Below, one piece after another: positions 1 through 10,340 of a stretch of 64,000 nt of DNA. How positions within the stretch are numbered: the stretch's first letter is position 1; each line of letters starts with the position of its first letter. Both the position numbers and the translations under genes were made by a program. Below the pieces are notes generated by a model. It was given only the letters and a program-made list of their open reading frames with translations. It was not told the DNA's origin and made no database searches. Source of the DNA: a virus (lineage: Duplodnaviria; Caudoviricetes); IMG/VR virus record IMGVR_UViG_3300014205_000007, positions 34,090 through 98,089 of that record, one strand, 5' to 3'.

Positions 1-116
1 CGCTGCTCTGCATAGTCGATTATCGACGGTATGATTTGCAGAAAGTTTGCATCGGCCGGGTCCTCGGCGAGAAGGTTTGCCAAGGTCGTGACATACGTGG
101 CATAGGTCAGACTCAT
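1..116 (-). CDS. 5' part of a virion (adaptor-like) protein, runs off the window edge
   Basis: ATG at 116 overlapping the stop of 113..481; MSLTYATYVTTLANLLAEDPADANF... open to base 1. Confidence 0.55.
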   Translation of the reverse strand, partial: MSLTYATYVTTLANLLAEDPADANFLQIIPSIIDYAEQ

Positions 117-481
117 GGTATCCTCTCCACCCAGACGCTTTGGGCTTCATTCCAAGTGTATTTCTTGTTATTTTGGGGCACAGAAACCGGCGCCTGCCAG
201 CGGCAGGTTTGCTCGTCGAGCGCCCAAGCCGGGTACGGCTTGGGCGGAATAAACGCATCGCGATCGGCGTCAAACGTATCGCCAGGCCCCGCATAGTTCT
301 TCCTGAACGTGCCGTTGTAGGAGGTCTGTTTCCAGATCGTCTCCGGTCCAAACAAGCGCTGGCAAAAGGCAATGCCGATAGATTCACTTTCGTTTCCGTT
401 TTTGTCCTCGATGTCATCATCAGCGATGACGACGACGCGGAGCACGATATGTTTCTCGTCCAGTTCTGCAAAGTGTGCCAT
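113..481 (-). CDS. tail-fibre-associated small protein
   Basis: MAHFAELDEKHIVLRVVV...WKQTSYN...FRKNYAG...AFIPPKPY type, which usually follows glycine-rich fibre genes. Confidence 0.65.
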   Translation of the reverse strand: MAHFAELDEKHIVLRVVVIADDDIEDKNGNESESIGIAFCQRLFGPETIWKQTSYNGTFRKNYAGPGDTFDADRDAFIPPKPYPAWALDEQTCRWQAPVSVPQNNKKYTWNEAQSVWVERIP

Positions 482-490
482 TCGGTCCCC

Positions 491-1327
491 CTAGTACACA
501 AAGGCGCCGCTGGACGTGAAGGTGTGAATGGTATTGCCTCCAGAGGAGGTCACCGTGCCGCCCGTAGCCACCTGTATCCCAGCATAGCTGATGATCACCA
601 CGCCAGACGAGCCATTGCCTCCATTTGATTGTGTGGAACCGCCACCGCCACCGCCACCCGAGCCCCTGTTGACGGTTCCGTTGCCGCCTGCCGTGCCGTT
701 GGCCTTACCATCACCACCTACGCCGGATGATCCGCCCGCGCCACCCGTGCCGCCTTCGCCGCCACCGCCACCGCCCGCAGCATAAATAACCGCCGAGCCG
801 GAGATAGAATTAGATGTTCCATCGCCACCCGCGCCGCCGTTAGTGGCGCTCGGGCCATTGGCGCCTGCGGCGCCCGATCCGCCGCCTCCGCCTGCACCGT
901 AGGCAACCGCGCCAGCCACCGCGCTGCCACCATCCCTACCAACCGGAGCCCCCGTGCCGGTGCCCCCCGCGATCCCAGAGCTTTGACCACCACCACCACC
1001 GGAGCCGCCGTTGGCACCAGTAAAATTGGAACCTTCGCCTGCACCACCACCACCACCACCCGTGGAAGTGACGCTGCTGAATATCGATGAATTGCCAGTG
1101 CCACCCTGAGTACTGGCGGCAGTCGAACCGCCGCCGCCAGCGCCGACAGTAACAGTGTAGGACCCAGGATTGACGGTAAAGCCACCGGCTGTGCGGTATT
1201 CCCCAGCGCCGCCGCCGCCGCCGCCGTAGCCATAGGCGCCACCCGCCCCGCCGCCAACGACAAGATAAGTAACCGACAGCGCCGGCTTGTAGGTAATTAT
1301 CAGCGCTTGATGGGAGACGCCTGCCAT
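491..1327 (-). CDS. glycine-rich tail fibre/receptor-binding domain protein
   Basis: YLVVGGGAGG...GGGGGAG, polyglycine tracts, GSSGVVIISY and HTFTSSG end. Confidence 0.7.
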   Translation of the reverse strand: MAGVSHQALIITYKPALSVTYLVVGGGAGGAYGYGGGGGGAGEYRTAGGFTVNPGSYTVTVGAGGGGSTAASTQGGTGNSSIFSSVTSTGGGGGGAGEGSNFTGANGGSGGGGGQSSGIAGGTGTGAPVGRDGGSAVAGAVAYGAGGGGGSGAAGANGPSATNGGAGGDGTSNSISGSAVIYAAGGGGGGEGGTGGAGGSSGVGGDGKANGTAGGNGTVNRGSGGGGGGGSTQSNGGNGSSGVVIISYAGIQVATGGTVTSSGGNTIHTFTSSGAFVY

Positions 1328-1328
1328 A

Positions 1329-4300
1329 TCAGGTCAAGCCTACGCCAGAAATGATCCAGTTGCCGCTGGCGATCTTGAACGCCGTGGCGATGCCGTTGGC
1401 GGCCAGGGTACGGCTGCCGGTTGTCCCCGCCGCCGCCAATGTCATGGTGTCGGTAGTGATAGCAATAGTGACGGTGTTGATCTGGTTGGTGAAGGTGATC
1501 ACCGAGCCGATGGGATAGCTGACCGACCCGTCAATGGTGAAGGTGCGGGCGTTGTTGTCGGCGGTGGGATGGAGGATGCACTTCTGCGCATCGGCCAATA
1601 CTGTCGAGTACGCGGTGGACTGCGAATTGATCGGGATGCCGGAATAGATCGGAACGCCTTCAACGGCGATGACACCAGCTGCACTACGCGAAATCGTCGT
1701 GTCTGACGCGGCCCCCAACTCAATGGTGCCAGTGGTAATCGACGCCGAAGTACCGACCGAGAAATTCTCCGATGTCGATATGGTCGTGCCGTTGTCGGTC
1801 AGACCAGACGCAGCCAAGGCCGATGTGCCGTTGCCTTTGTAGATCACGTTGGAAGTGAGTGTGGTCAGTCCTGTGCCGCCGTCTGCGACATTCAGAGTTC
1901 CCGCCATAGTGATCGTGCCGGCGCCGACAATGGGGCCACCGCTGAACGTCAGTCCGGTTGTGCCGCCCGACACATCGACGGAAGTAACCGTGCCAACACC
2001 ACCAACGGAAATCCAACTTGTGGCACCCGATCCATTCGTTGAGAGAACGTAACCGCCCGTTCCTGCATCAGGCGGTAGGGTGAGTGTCGTAGCAGCCGTG
2101 GCAGAGTTGGAGGATTGGATCGTTGCGGGAAAAGCACCCGCCGCGGTGTTGGCGAGAACAAGCTGACCTTGAGAGGTCTGCTGCACTCCCAAAGTCGGGG
2201 TGATGGTTAGCGACGGAACACCAGTTGCGCTGGCATTCAGGACACCCCCGTTTGCCGTCGCAAGCCCTGCAATCACATTAGCAGAGGACGAATAGAGTAG
2301 TTGATTGATCGTCGTCGTTGCCGGATAGGTGGCCGTGGACCAAGCTGGTGTTGTGCTTAATCCAGAAAGAAGGACTTGATTTGCCGTCGCGGTCCCAGCC
2401 AGAATGCCAAACGCCGAGGCGGTCGAATAAACAATGCCTCCGTTAGACGCAGTGAGGTTGGCGTTGCTGCCCCCGTTAGCCAACGGTAGCACGCCTGAAA
2501 CATCCGTGGTGAGCACCACGGCTCCAAATGTCGGAGCCCCCGCAGCGTTGCCGTGCAGAACCGTCGTCGTGGTGCCCAGTGACCCAAGAGTCGCCGGGGC
2601 CGTTGCTGCGCCTCCGCCCAAAACCAACTGGTTCGCAACAAGCAGCGCAGATGACGTGATCGCGGATGTGGATGAGAAGTACGGAATCCCACCCGAGGTG
2701 GCCGATGTCGGATAGGATATGACCGCCCAGGACGGCGTTGTGGATGATCCAGACAGAAGCGGTAGGCTGGCCGTCGCCGTCCCGGAAAGAATTGCTCCAG
2801 CAGAGGCCGTCGAATAGAAAATACCACCGTCTGACGCCGTCAGATTGGCGTTAGTCCCGCCTCTCGCCAGAGAAAGCTGTCCGGTCCACCCCGCAGTAAT
2901 GGATGTGGCTCTCAGGAGAGATGTTGCCGGCGTTCCCCCAAGGGTCAAGGTGACATTGGTGTCGTCGCCATTGGTCAAGGCGGCTCCAGTAATGTCCCCT
3001 CCAGAAATCGTCGCCCACGCAGGAGCAGCAGAAACAGCTCCCGTGCCGGTTTGGCTCAAGTACTGCTTGACCGCCGTCGTATTGCCGGAAAGCTTTGAAA
3101 GGGTATTGGCGGCCGAGGCATAAAGCGTATCCCCGAGCGCATAGGTGCTTTGAGCCGTACCACCCCTAGCCTCAGACAGCGTGCCAGTCCACCCAAGGGT
3201 CAATGACGCCGCGGCCAGAAGCGCCGTGCTGGGCGAACCTCCCAAGGCCAGGGTGACATTCGTATCGTCGGTCTTGGTCAGTGCCGACCCGGTGACGGTT
3301 AGATTGCCGGTCGTCGCACTCAATGCAAGAGGAGACGATGCCGAAACCGCAAAGGTACCCGAGGCATCAGGGAGTGTTAAGGTAGGGCTACCTGCCGTTG
3401 CTTGCGGCGTAATCAGAACCGTCCCGGATGTATTCCCCGTTAGAGCTAGAGTTCCAAGAGTTGTGCCGGCGATTCCAAGAGTGGGAGTCGCTGTCGCTGT
3501 AATTGTATTGGCCGTCCCCGAGGCGAGGATCGTCCCCGCGGCGCTGGTTGCAGGGTAGGTTGATGTGGACCATGATGGAGCACTGGACGCCCCGGATCGA
3601 ACGATCTGTCCTGCCGTCGCCGTCCCGGAAAGAATATCCAAAGCCGAGGCAGTAGAGTAGACTATTCCCCCGATGGATGCGGTTAAATTCGCATTCGTAC
3701 CACCAACGGCGAGCGGGATTTGCGCATATTCCCCTAGGACGCCGCTATTGTCGTAGAGCACCCGCGTATTGGTGCCGGACGCAACCGTCGTTGACCCAAC
3801 CACCAGATTGACCGCTGCACCAGAGGCTGGAGCCCAACTGGAGACACCAGACCCATTGGTGGTGAGCACATAGCCACTGGTGCCAGCCGAAACCGGCAGT
3901 GTCAGAGTCCACGCCGCCGACGCGCTGTTGGAGGATTGCAGCGTCGTTGCAAAGGCTCCAACAGCCGTATTGGCGAAGATAATTTGCCCTTGCGAAGACT
4001 GCTGTATGCCGAGTGTTGGGGCAATCGTCGCAGTAATCGTGTTGGCCGCTCCGGAGGCAAGAACGGTTCCAGCCCCTGAGGTTGATGGGTAGGTCGATGT
4101 TGACCAGGATGGGGCCGCCGACGTTCCAGACAACAGGGCTTGACTGGCTGTGGCAGTCCCGGAAAGAATGGCCGCAGCCGACGCCGTGGAGTAAAAAATT
4201 CCCCCGTTGGAAGCGGTCAACGCGGCGTTGGTGCCTCCGTTGGCCAGTGGCAATATAGAGCTTCCGACCGCCGCCGATTGTGAAAGATCGATAGACCCAA

Positions 4301-4955
4301 ACGCCAGGGATGTTCCGCCAGCTCCCAAACGAAGAATTTGATAAGCGCTGCCAGAAAGCGACGTGCCTAGCGCCGTGCTTCCAGTGGTATTTGCTGCTAT
4401 CGAGTAGGCATTAAGCGTAATTGATGCGTTGACCCATTCAGTGTCGTAGTTGGTGTCGGACGCCTTGGCGAGAAACTGACTGGTCGTGCCTCCAGCGGGG
4501 ACATTTCCAGTTGCCAGTCCAAGGGCGGACGGCGAAACCTTATATGTCAATCCGTCCGCAGCGTGATAGATCGGAATGCCGTCCGCCACGAGATTTGGAA
4601 TGGATAGCGCGGTCATGCCCGCAATCGCCTTCATGGCGTTGGGGAATGTGACCTTCTGCGAGGTATTGGAGCCAGCCACATAATTGATGGCAAAGCTATC
4701 GTCCACCGCCATGCTTGGATTGGCGGATAGATCGTTGACATCGAGATATAGGGTAAGCCCAGAAGACAAAAGACCGCCACCCGCCAGCCCAGGGCCAGTG
4801 TTGAGCACTGTTGATGTGGGGAGGAACCCAGAGGCAAGCCCCCCAATCAGTGCCGTAGTCACGCGCTTGGTTGTGCCGCCCTGAACAATAGGGGCATATT
4901 CCGTGCCATCAAGTCCAATGGCGATGGGGAGCTGGAGGATGTTAGTGTTGGACAC
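1329..4955 (-). CDS. long tail fibre with internal repeats
   Basis: 1208 aa T/S/A/G-rich; four LxxGGtNAxLTASxGGIxYSTASA modules and two DDTNVTLxLGG modules. Confidence 0.75.
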   Translation of the reverse strand: MSNTNILQLPIAIGLDGTEYAPIVQGGTTKRVTTALIGGLASGFLPTSTVLNTGPGLAGGGLLSSGLTLYLDVNDLSANPSMAVDDSFAINYVAGSNTSQKVTFPNAMKAIAGMTALSIPNLVADGIPIYHAADGLTYKVSPSALGLATGNVPAGGTTSQFLAKASDTNYDTEWVNASITLNAYSIAANTTGSTALGTSLSGSAYQILRLGAGGTSLAFGSIDLSQSAAVGSSILPLANGGTNAALTASNGGIFYSTASAAAILSGTATASQALLSGTSAAPSWSTSTYPSTSGAGTVLASGAANTITATIAPTLGIQQSSQGQIIFANTAVGAFATTLQSSNSASAAWTLTLPVSAGTSGYVLTTNGSGVSSWAPASGAAVNLVVGSTTVASGTNTRVLYDNSGVLGEYAQIPLAVGGTNANLTASIGGIVYSTASALDILSGTATAGQIVRSGASSAPSWSTSTYPATSAAGTILASGTANTITATATPTLGIAGTTLGTLALTGNTSGTVLITPQATAGSPTLTLPDASGTFAVSASSPLALSATTGNLTVTGSALTKTDDTNVTLALGGSPSTALLAAASLTLGWTGTLSEARGGTAQSTYALGDTLYASAANTLSKLSGNTTAVKQYLSQTGTGAVSAAPAWATISGGDITGAALTNGDDTNVTLTLGGTPATSLLRATSITAGWTGQLSLARGGTNANLTASDGGIFYSTASAGAILSGTATASLPLLSGSSTTPSWAVISYPTSATSGGIPYFSSTSAITSSALLVANQLVLGGGAATAPATLGSLGTTTTVLHGNAAGAPTFGAVVLTTDVSGVLPLANGGSNANLTASNGGIVYSTASAFGILAGTATANQVLLSGLSTTPAWSTATYPATTTINQLLYSSSANVIAGLATANGGVLNASATGVPSLTITPTLGVQQTSQGQLVLANTAAGAFPATIQSSNSATAATTLTLPPDAGTGGYVLSTNGSGATSWISVGGVGTVTSVDVSGGTTGLTFSGGPIVGAGTITMAGTLNVADGGTGLTTLTSNVIYKGNGTSALAASGLTDNGTTISTSENFSVGTSASITTGTIELGAASDTTISRSAAGVIAVEGVPIYSGIPINSQSTAYSTVLADAQKCILHPTADNNARTFTIDGSVSYPIGSVITFTNQINTVTIAITTDTMTLAAAGTTGSRTLAANGIATAFKIASGNWIISGVGLT

Positions 4956-6803
4956 TTAGCTTCCCCACGTCAAAACGGTGCCAGGGAGATCGGCTGCCGT
5001 AATTTGCACCGCCGCACCCACAAGTCCCTGCATATCTGCGCCAAGTTCGCAAAGAACGGGCCGACATATCTGAACTGTTCCGCTTGCTCCACCTTTCTGA
5101 ACGCCGAAGTATATCGTTCCTGACGCCGGGTAAAGAAAGACGCACGACTTGAATTGCCACGCCGAATTACTTTCAAATGACGACGAATTTACAATCGAGT
5201 TGGCGTACATCCACACAGCCCCATCATCTGACGTATACGGCCCCTTGACCCAAGCGCCAAACACACAATACTTACCAGAAAGTCCATTATATGTGCTTGT
5301 ATCTACGGTAAAGCCGTATACGTCAGATGATCCTGATGATAAAAGCTCTAGCTCCCATACTGGGGTCGGAGCATAAGGAAACGCGACGCTTGATTGACGC
5401 CAAACGCCGCCGCCAGAGGCGGCCACCACCCCCCACAGGCTGAGGTCAACATTGGCTAGATTGATGGATTCCAGGCCAGCGTCACGAACGCTTAGTGGAA
5501 AAACACCGTAGTTGATAACAGACAATGATACGGGGGTCACTTCGAATGGCCTCGAAAACCCCATGTTGGAGGCCGACTGCACGTTTGTAATTGCCCCATA
5601 GGACGGGGACTTTCCCGCGTCGTTCCCATAAACACGCAACAAGGGCCTCACCTCCGTTGTCCTGTTGCCAAATACTGTCAAGGCATCGCTTCCAGGGACA
5701 AATGCAAAACATTCTATGGCAGTGGAGGACGTGCTACAGCAGGTTATGCTGCCCTGACATGGAAACGCCGCGGCTATGGTTGTCATCGAGGCAGCGCCGT
5801 TGATGATGATGTCGGCCTTTATGTTGACAGTTGTCGGCGACGTAAAGGTGTGCCCAACAGATGCATTGGCCTCGAAGTAACAAGTATCTACCGAAAACCC
5901 ACGCACGTTTCCTGATAGGAATATTCCTCCCGCATCACAGTGCTCCGCCAGACATTCATTAAACTTGATTGCAAAGCATTCGGTAATGCGGAATCCGAAC
6001 CCCGTCACCATCAACGCCTTGACGCTAGACAGCAGCACTTCATTGGCTTGATCTGGCAATGTTAGGCCATCTCCTGTAAGGCTAATCATGTCGATGTCAT
6101 CAAATACCGAACAGAACGCCCAACCAACGTAGATGCCAGAAACTGTCGTCCCCGTGACCCGTAAAGACCGATAGGTGCCGTGAGCAGCGTATCGGATATA
6201 TATGCCATACTGAGCCACACCGGCCCCATCAAAGGTCATCCCAACAATCTCAATGTTTTCGTGCCGCCCCCCAGACGTAGCCGCAAGCCCTTCAAGGATT
6301 TTAGTCACGCCTACGGACGCGGTTATATTGGAACGGCGCTTGCCATCTCCGAACAGTTTTATGCCTGTTGTGGCAAGCGCCGTTCCAATGGTTAAATTGG
6401 ATGAGATCAGGTAACTGCCCGCTGGAAAATATATGGCGGGCCTTATGGATAAGGATATAACGTAATCAATAGCGGCCTGAATCGCTGCCGTGTCGTCAGT
6501 TACACCATCGCCCACGGCGCCAAAGTCTTTAACTGAATATACATCGGCGCATTTTCCCTGCCATGTCCGTGTCGCACCCGACGCTTGTGTAAATCCCTGA
6601 TAGGAGGGAGCGGCGTCCCCGTTCCCAATAATGGCGTACCCTTCTGTGCCCCGCGGGAAGTTGACCAGCGAGGCAGGCAGAAGGTCGGCCACCTGTTGCG
6701 TCGTACATTGTGTCGTAATCTCGCCCTTGACCACAGCAAGGCGCTCGGTGCCATCCAGAACACCGGCCGGGGGCAGTTGCGTAATCTTGATTGCACCGGC
6801 CAT
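4956..6803 (-). CDS. tailspike/depolymerase, pectate-lyase-3-like beta-helix
   Basis: YSVKDFGAVGDGVTDDTAAIQAAID...IYFPAGSYLI motif. Confidence 0.8.
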   Translation of the reverse strand: MAGAIKITQLPPAGVLDGTERLAVVKGEITTQCTTQQVADLLPASLVNFPRGTEGYAIIGNGDAAPSYQGFTQASGATRTWQGKCADVYSVKDFGAVGDGVTDDTAAIQAAIDYVISLSIRPAIYFPAGSYLISSNLTIGTALATTGIKLFGDGKRRSNITASVGVTKILEGLAATSGGRHENIEIVGMTFDGAGVAQYGIYIRYAAHGTYRSLRVTGTTVSGIYVGWAFCSVFDDIDMISLTGDGLTLPDQANEVLLSSVKALMVTGFGFRITECFAIKFNECLAEHCDAGGIFLSGNVRGFSVDTCYFEANASVGHTFTSPTTVNIKADIIINGAASMTTIAAAFPCQGSITCCSTSSTAIECFAFVPGSDALTVFGNRTTEVRPLLRVYGNDAGKSPSYGAITNVQSASNMGFSRPFEVTPVSLSVINYGVFPLSVRDAGLESINLANVDLSLWGVVAASGGGVWRQSSVAFPYAPTPVWELELLSSGSSDVYGFTVDTSTYNGLSGKYCVFGAWVKGPYTSDDGAVWMYANSIVNSSSFESNSAWQFKSCVFLYPASGTIYFGVQKGGASGTVQICRPVLCELGADMQGLVGAAVQITAADLPGTVLTWGS

Positions 6804-6814
6804 GCTATATTCCC

Positions 6815-7054
6815 TTAGCTTGACGGACGCATAGAGCCGTTTGTATCGGCTCCCGCGCTGTTTGCACGAGAAGAGCGCTTCTGCTCTGCGTCGCGCATGG
6901 CAACGCTTACTCGCTCCGCCAAGACAACCGCCGCCCCGGCGCCTTGCAGTCCAACGGCCTTTACGGCGGCATCAAGGAGATTGATTAATGCCTGCGCCTC
7001 CTCAACGCTATAATCAACGCGCACATCACGTACTTGTACGTCCATTGACATCAC
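6815..7054 (-). CDS. small hypothetical protein (possible fibre chaperone)
   Basis: EEAQALINLLDAAVKAVGLQGA helical ORF between fibre genes, GAGGA RBS. Confidence 0.5.
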   Translation of the reverse strand: MMSMDVQVRDVRVDYSVEEAQALINLLDAAVKAVGLQGAGAAVVLAERVSVAMRDAEQKRSSRANSAGADTNGSMRPSS

Positions 7055-7158
7055 TCATTCCTCTCGTGTTCTCTAAATGGCTGAAACAAAATTTGGCCTC
7101 GGCTACCAGAGCGGCATGTCGGGTCATCGCCGCCTTTTCATTGATTGACGACCACCCC

Positions 7159-8151
7159 CTAAGCCGCGTTTTTGATGATGGCATAGTTATATGTGGACGT
7201 GTCCGTAGACCCGGCCGCAACGGTAAACCCAACGCCGGCCGTGATGGTCATAACCGTAGGTGCGGTCACAATCACCCCCCCGACGGTGTTGAGTGAAATA
7301 ACAATGGCGTCCGTCACCGCAACCGTGGTGTTGCTCACGACAACAGGAGTGATGCCCGTTGCTACAAACGTGCCGACACGTCCATTTGCGCCCTGTTTAA
7401 GAATCGGACCCGCCGCCGCAACCGTATATGTCGTGGACGCGGAAACAGAAACAAGTGGAGTCACCACCGACGTCGCCGCAAAAACACTGCGCGGTCGCGT
7501 TGCACCACTGGCGCCGATATCATAGGTATTGTCGGCAAAGGCGATAAAATTACCTCCTCCGGTGACTTGCCATCGCGCCGTATTGTTATTTTGCAATGTT
7601 ATTACTGCGGTCCCACTAGCGGCAAGGATCATATTGCGAGCAACGCCGGTCCCACTATTCGATGTGCCGATGAAAAACTCATTCCCCACCCACGAAAAAA
7701 CTCCCCGCTCATAGTTGGCGCCAGCGCCCGAGTAAGTATTATAAATGCGGAGCGTTTGTGCATTCGTTCCGTTGCGTACAGCAAGCACGTTAGCAGCATC
7801 GCGGGCTAAAAACAGATCGGTAGACCATCCCAGAGTATTGGTTGACCCAAGCGCCTGATCGGCCGTAAACGTCTGAGCAATGGACACCCCCGCCAATGTT
7901 GTTGATGTGGCAGGCAACGTCATCGTTGTGGAGTCCGTCCCAGAAAACGTAAGGGATTGCGTAATCGTAAGTGTTTTCCCGGCAGATATCGATAATGCCG
8001 ACGTGGCCGTCCCCAGCAAATACGTCCTGAGCGCCACGTTTTGATAGATCAACGGCGTCGCTGCGGCTTGACTAGCGGCCCCAAAAAAGTAATTACTGTC
8101 CGTTAGTCCGGACGTTACGGGCGTCGCCGTCTTAAAGTCAAACGTTGCCAT
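7159..8151 (-). CDS. tail fibre/virion appendage protein
   Basis: T/A/G-rich; C-terminal ~70 aa near-identical to 10341..11843. Confidence 0.7.
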   Translation of the reverse strand: MATFDFKTATPVTSGLTDSNYFFGAASQAAATPLIYQNVALRTYLLGTATSALSISAGKTLTITQSLTFSGTDSTTMTLPATSTTLAGVSIAQTFTADQALGSTNTLGWSTDLFLARDAANVLAVRNGTNAQTLRIYNTYSGAGANYERGVFSWVGNEFFIGTSNSGTGVARNMILAASGTAVITLQNNNTARWQVTGGGNFIAFADNTYDIGASGATRPRSVFAATSVVTPLVSVSASTTYTVAAAGPILKQGANGRVGTFVATGITPVVVSNTTVAVTDAIVISLNTVGGVIVTAPTVMTITAGVGFTVAAGSTDTSTYNYAIIKNAA

Positions 8152-8207
8152 TGCCCATTTTCCCCAAAATTTAGATCAAGTAGATCACGCGGCACAAAGG
8201 CACCCCG

Positions 8208-8765
8208 TCAGGGGTTTGGCTCATAGTTAAGAGGATTCCCATCGCCCGCCTCGGTGACGATAATATCCCCACCCGTTTCCACCCCCCACCTAAATTCATC
8301 AACGCCCCACACCATAATCAGATCGATCCACTCAAACATCAAGGAATCAACACCAGTTAAAAAATAGTACGCCGACTCCTCGACGACCGTGTCCTCTCCC
8401 TGTACTGTTGGACTAGCAGGATTCGGTACGGAGGTAATTAAATCTTCTCCTAACTGCGTGTCGATGATCGAGCCGCTTTCCGTAGTCAGCCAATTGGTTT
8501 CATCGACTGCGTATGGCTCGGGGTATGTATTCATCAACGGCGGTGGGTCGGGCGGTAGAATAAGGAGCTTGAATTGGTAAGCTAGGCCATCGTAACAACG
8601 CGGACAGACGTATACGTTGAGGTTCTGAGGCGAAGACCCGCCAACGAAGTCGTACTGGTAGCGCATGCGAATCTGAGAAGTGACCCATCCGCAACGAAAA
8701 CAGGTCACCCAAGGACCGTCTGCAGGGTTGTTCGTCGCTTGTTTCGGATGGGGCCGGTGCGCCAT
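8208..8765 (-). CDS. conserved virion-module protein with CxxC...CxxC
   Basis: CFRCG...VCPRCYD...PPDPPP; position in the neck/tail module. Confidence 0.55.
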   Translation of the reverse strand: MAHRPHPKQATNNPADGPWVTCFRCGWVTSQIRMRYQYDFVGGSSPQNLNVYVCPRCYDGLAYQFKLLILPPDPPPLMNTYPEPYAVDETNWLTTESGSIIDTQLGEDLITSVPNPASPTVQGEDTVVEESAYYFLTGVDSLMFEWIDLIMVWGVDEFRWGVETGGDIIVTEAGDGNPLNYEPNP

Positions 8766-9577
8766 CAGAACTTCCTCCCGTGAGCCTTTAGCGCGGACTG
8801 TCTCGCCGCGTGGGCTTCTTCTGGGGTATCAAAAATCCCAAGATGCAAATTCTTGCGTTTTTCTCGTGTTCCAATGCTTAGCCTAGCGCGCCAGCGGCCC
8901 GTAAACTTACCCTCGCTGTAGTGGGGATGGACACCACGGTATGGATTATTTCCTCCGCGTCCCGCTCCATAAAGCGCCTTGCGCAATTGTTCATCGGCAT
9001 TGCTGGCATCCTCTTCATATAGGAACACGTAACCGCCCAAGGTACGCCTATACCGCTTGCGTTGGCACATCTCCACAATAGCACCGTGATTCTGATCGTA
9101 GGCGTCCGCCGCTACCCGAATGCTATCGTAAACCTTCCCGTCGTTTAGGCAAACAACACGACGCGCCATAGCCTTGGGCCCCAAGCGCGCGTATTGCATA
9201 AACCTCTCTTTATTGCGCAGTCCTTCTTCCCTGAGACGGGCTCGTTCTTCATCAGATGTCATCTTCGGGTGGTATCCTTGGCCGCCCTTGGTCGCGTTGT
9301 ACTCTGGATGCATTTCTTTAATTAGGTCTTGCTCCAGACGCGCGGCGTCCAAAACATCATCCGCCTCAACCAATACCGACCAATCAAAGGCGTTAGCTGG
9401 GTGGTCCCGTAAGGCCTTACAGAATATCCCGTAAGCGTGCCCATTTTTTGCAGCCCGGTAGTGGCCACGACGACGCTTATCTAGAGTTTGCGTCGTAACC
9501 CCGATGTAGCGTTCCTTTGTGAGGCAGTTCACCGCAAGATAAACTATGGCCGGTCGGCCAGGAGAAAACTTTGGCAT
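8765..9577 (-). CDS. free-standing GIY-YIG homing endonuclease with NUMOD1 and AP2 domains
   Basis: IVYL...RYIGVT, R and E/PEYN core; VVCLNDGKVYDSIRVAA (NUMOD1); YRGVH...WRARL...HLGIFDTPEEA (AP2). Start moved to the ATG at 9577 after GGAG. Confidence 0.85.
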   Translation of the reverse strand: MPKFSPGRPAIVYLAVNCLTKERYIGVTTQTLDKRRRGHYRAAKNGHAYGIFCKALRDHPANAFDWSVLVEADDVLDAARLEQDLIKEMHPEYNATKGGQGYHPKMTSDEERARLREEGLRNKERFMQYARLGPKAMARRVVCLNDGKVYDSIRVAADAYDQNHGAIVEMCQRKRYRRTLGGYVFLYEEDASNADEQLRKALYGAGRGGNNPYRGVHPHYSEGKFTGRWRARLSIGTREKRKNLHLGIFDTPEEAHAARQSALKAHGRKF

Positions 9578-9645
9578 GCACTCCATATAGCACAGGAACG
9601 CACGGGGAACAAGCGTATGGAGTGAGTTTTCCATAAAGTTTCTAT

Positions 9646-10338
9646 CTATCGGAAATAATTCGAGAACGTCGGCATTATTGCGACGCTGACTCCGTCCTCC
9701 GTATCGGTCGAGGATGCGTCTCTCCAAGCGTCGAGATAGTCCTGCTTCCTTTGTGCCTCCAAGTCCCGTGCGTAAATACGAGCGAGCCTATGAGCAAGGC
9801 CAGCCACGTACACGTCAAGGAATCGATAAGGCATATCCAGCGTGACACCGGAGGCTATGGCCGTATCCTGTATCTGGGACAGGATACGGACATTCAGGGT
9901 ATAGGTTGCGGTCCCATCTGGAACGGGCCACATGGTAATAGTCGGATTGATCGTTTTCTGGCAGTAGTAGGACGTAGGAACAGCTTGCAGCGTTTTATTG
10001 CTTTGACTGTCGTAGTCCTGCGCCGAAAGAGGCCACATCAGCCGATCCGTCGTAACGCCATTTGAGTTCACCGACATATACACATCACGTATGGCGATAA
10101 ATCGATCAGGAAGTGTATATGTCGCCGTTCCCTGAACAAGAGTTATGGGATATACTTCCTGACGCCAAAGGTTCGGCTGGAGATTTCCTAAACCAACCTG
10201 CACCAGATTGCTCTCCACATCAGCATCCGTCATATGCTGAGAGGTGATCTCCGTTCTACGAATTCCAATGCGCGCATAGGCGCTCATCACCAGATTGGAT
10301 ATCGCGGGATTGAATGCGTAAGTTGAACTCGATGTCAT
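9646..10338 (-). CDS. head-to-tail adaptor/neck protein
   Basis: MTSSSTYAFNP start, QGTATYTLP, MWPVPD motifs; synteny. Confidence 0.6.
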   Translation of the reverse strand: MTSSSTYAFNPAISNLVMSAYARIGIRRTEITSQHMTDADVESNLVQVGLGNLQPNLWRQEVYPITLVQGTATYTLPDRFIAIRDVYMSVNSNGVTTDRLMWPLSAQDYDSQSNKTLQAVPTSYYCQKTINPTITMWPVPDGTATYTLNVRILSQIQDTAIASGVTLDMPYRFLDVYVAGLAHRLARIYARDLEAQRKQDYLDAWRDASSTDTEDGVSVAIMPTFSNYFR

Positions 10339-10340
10339 GG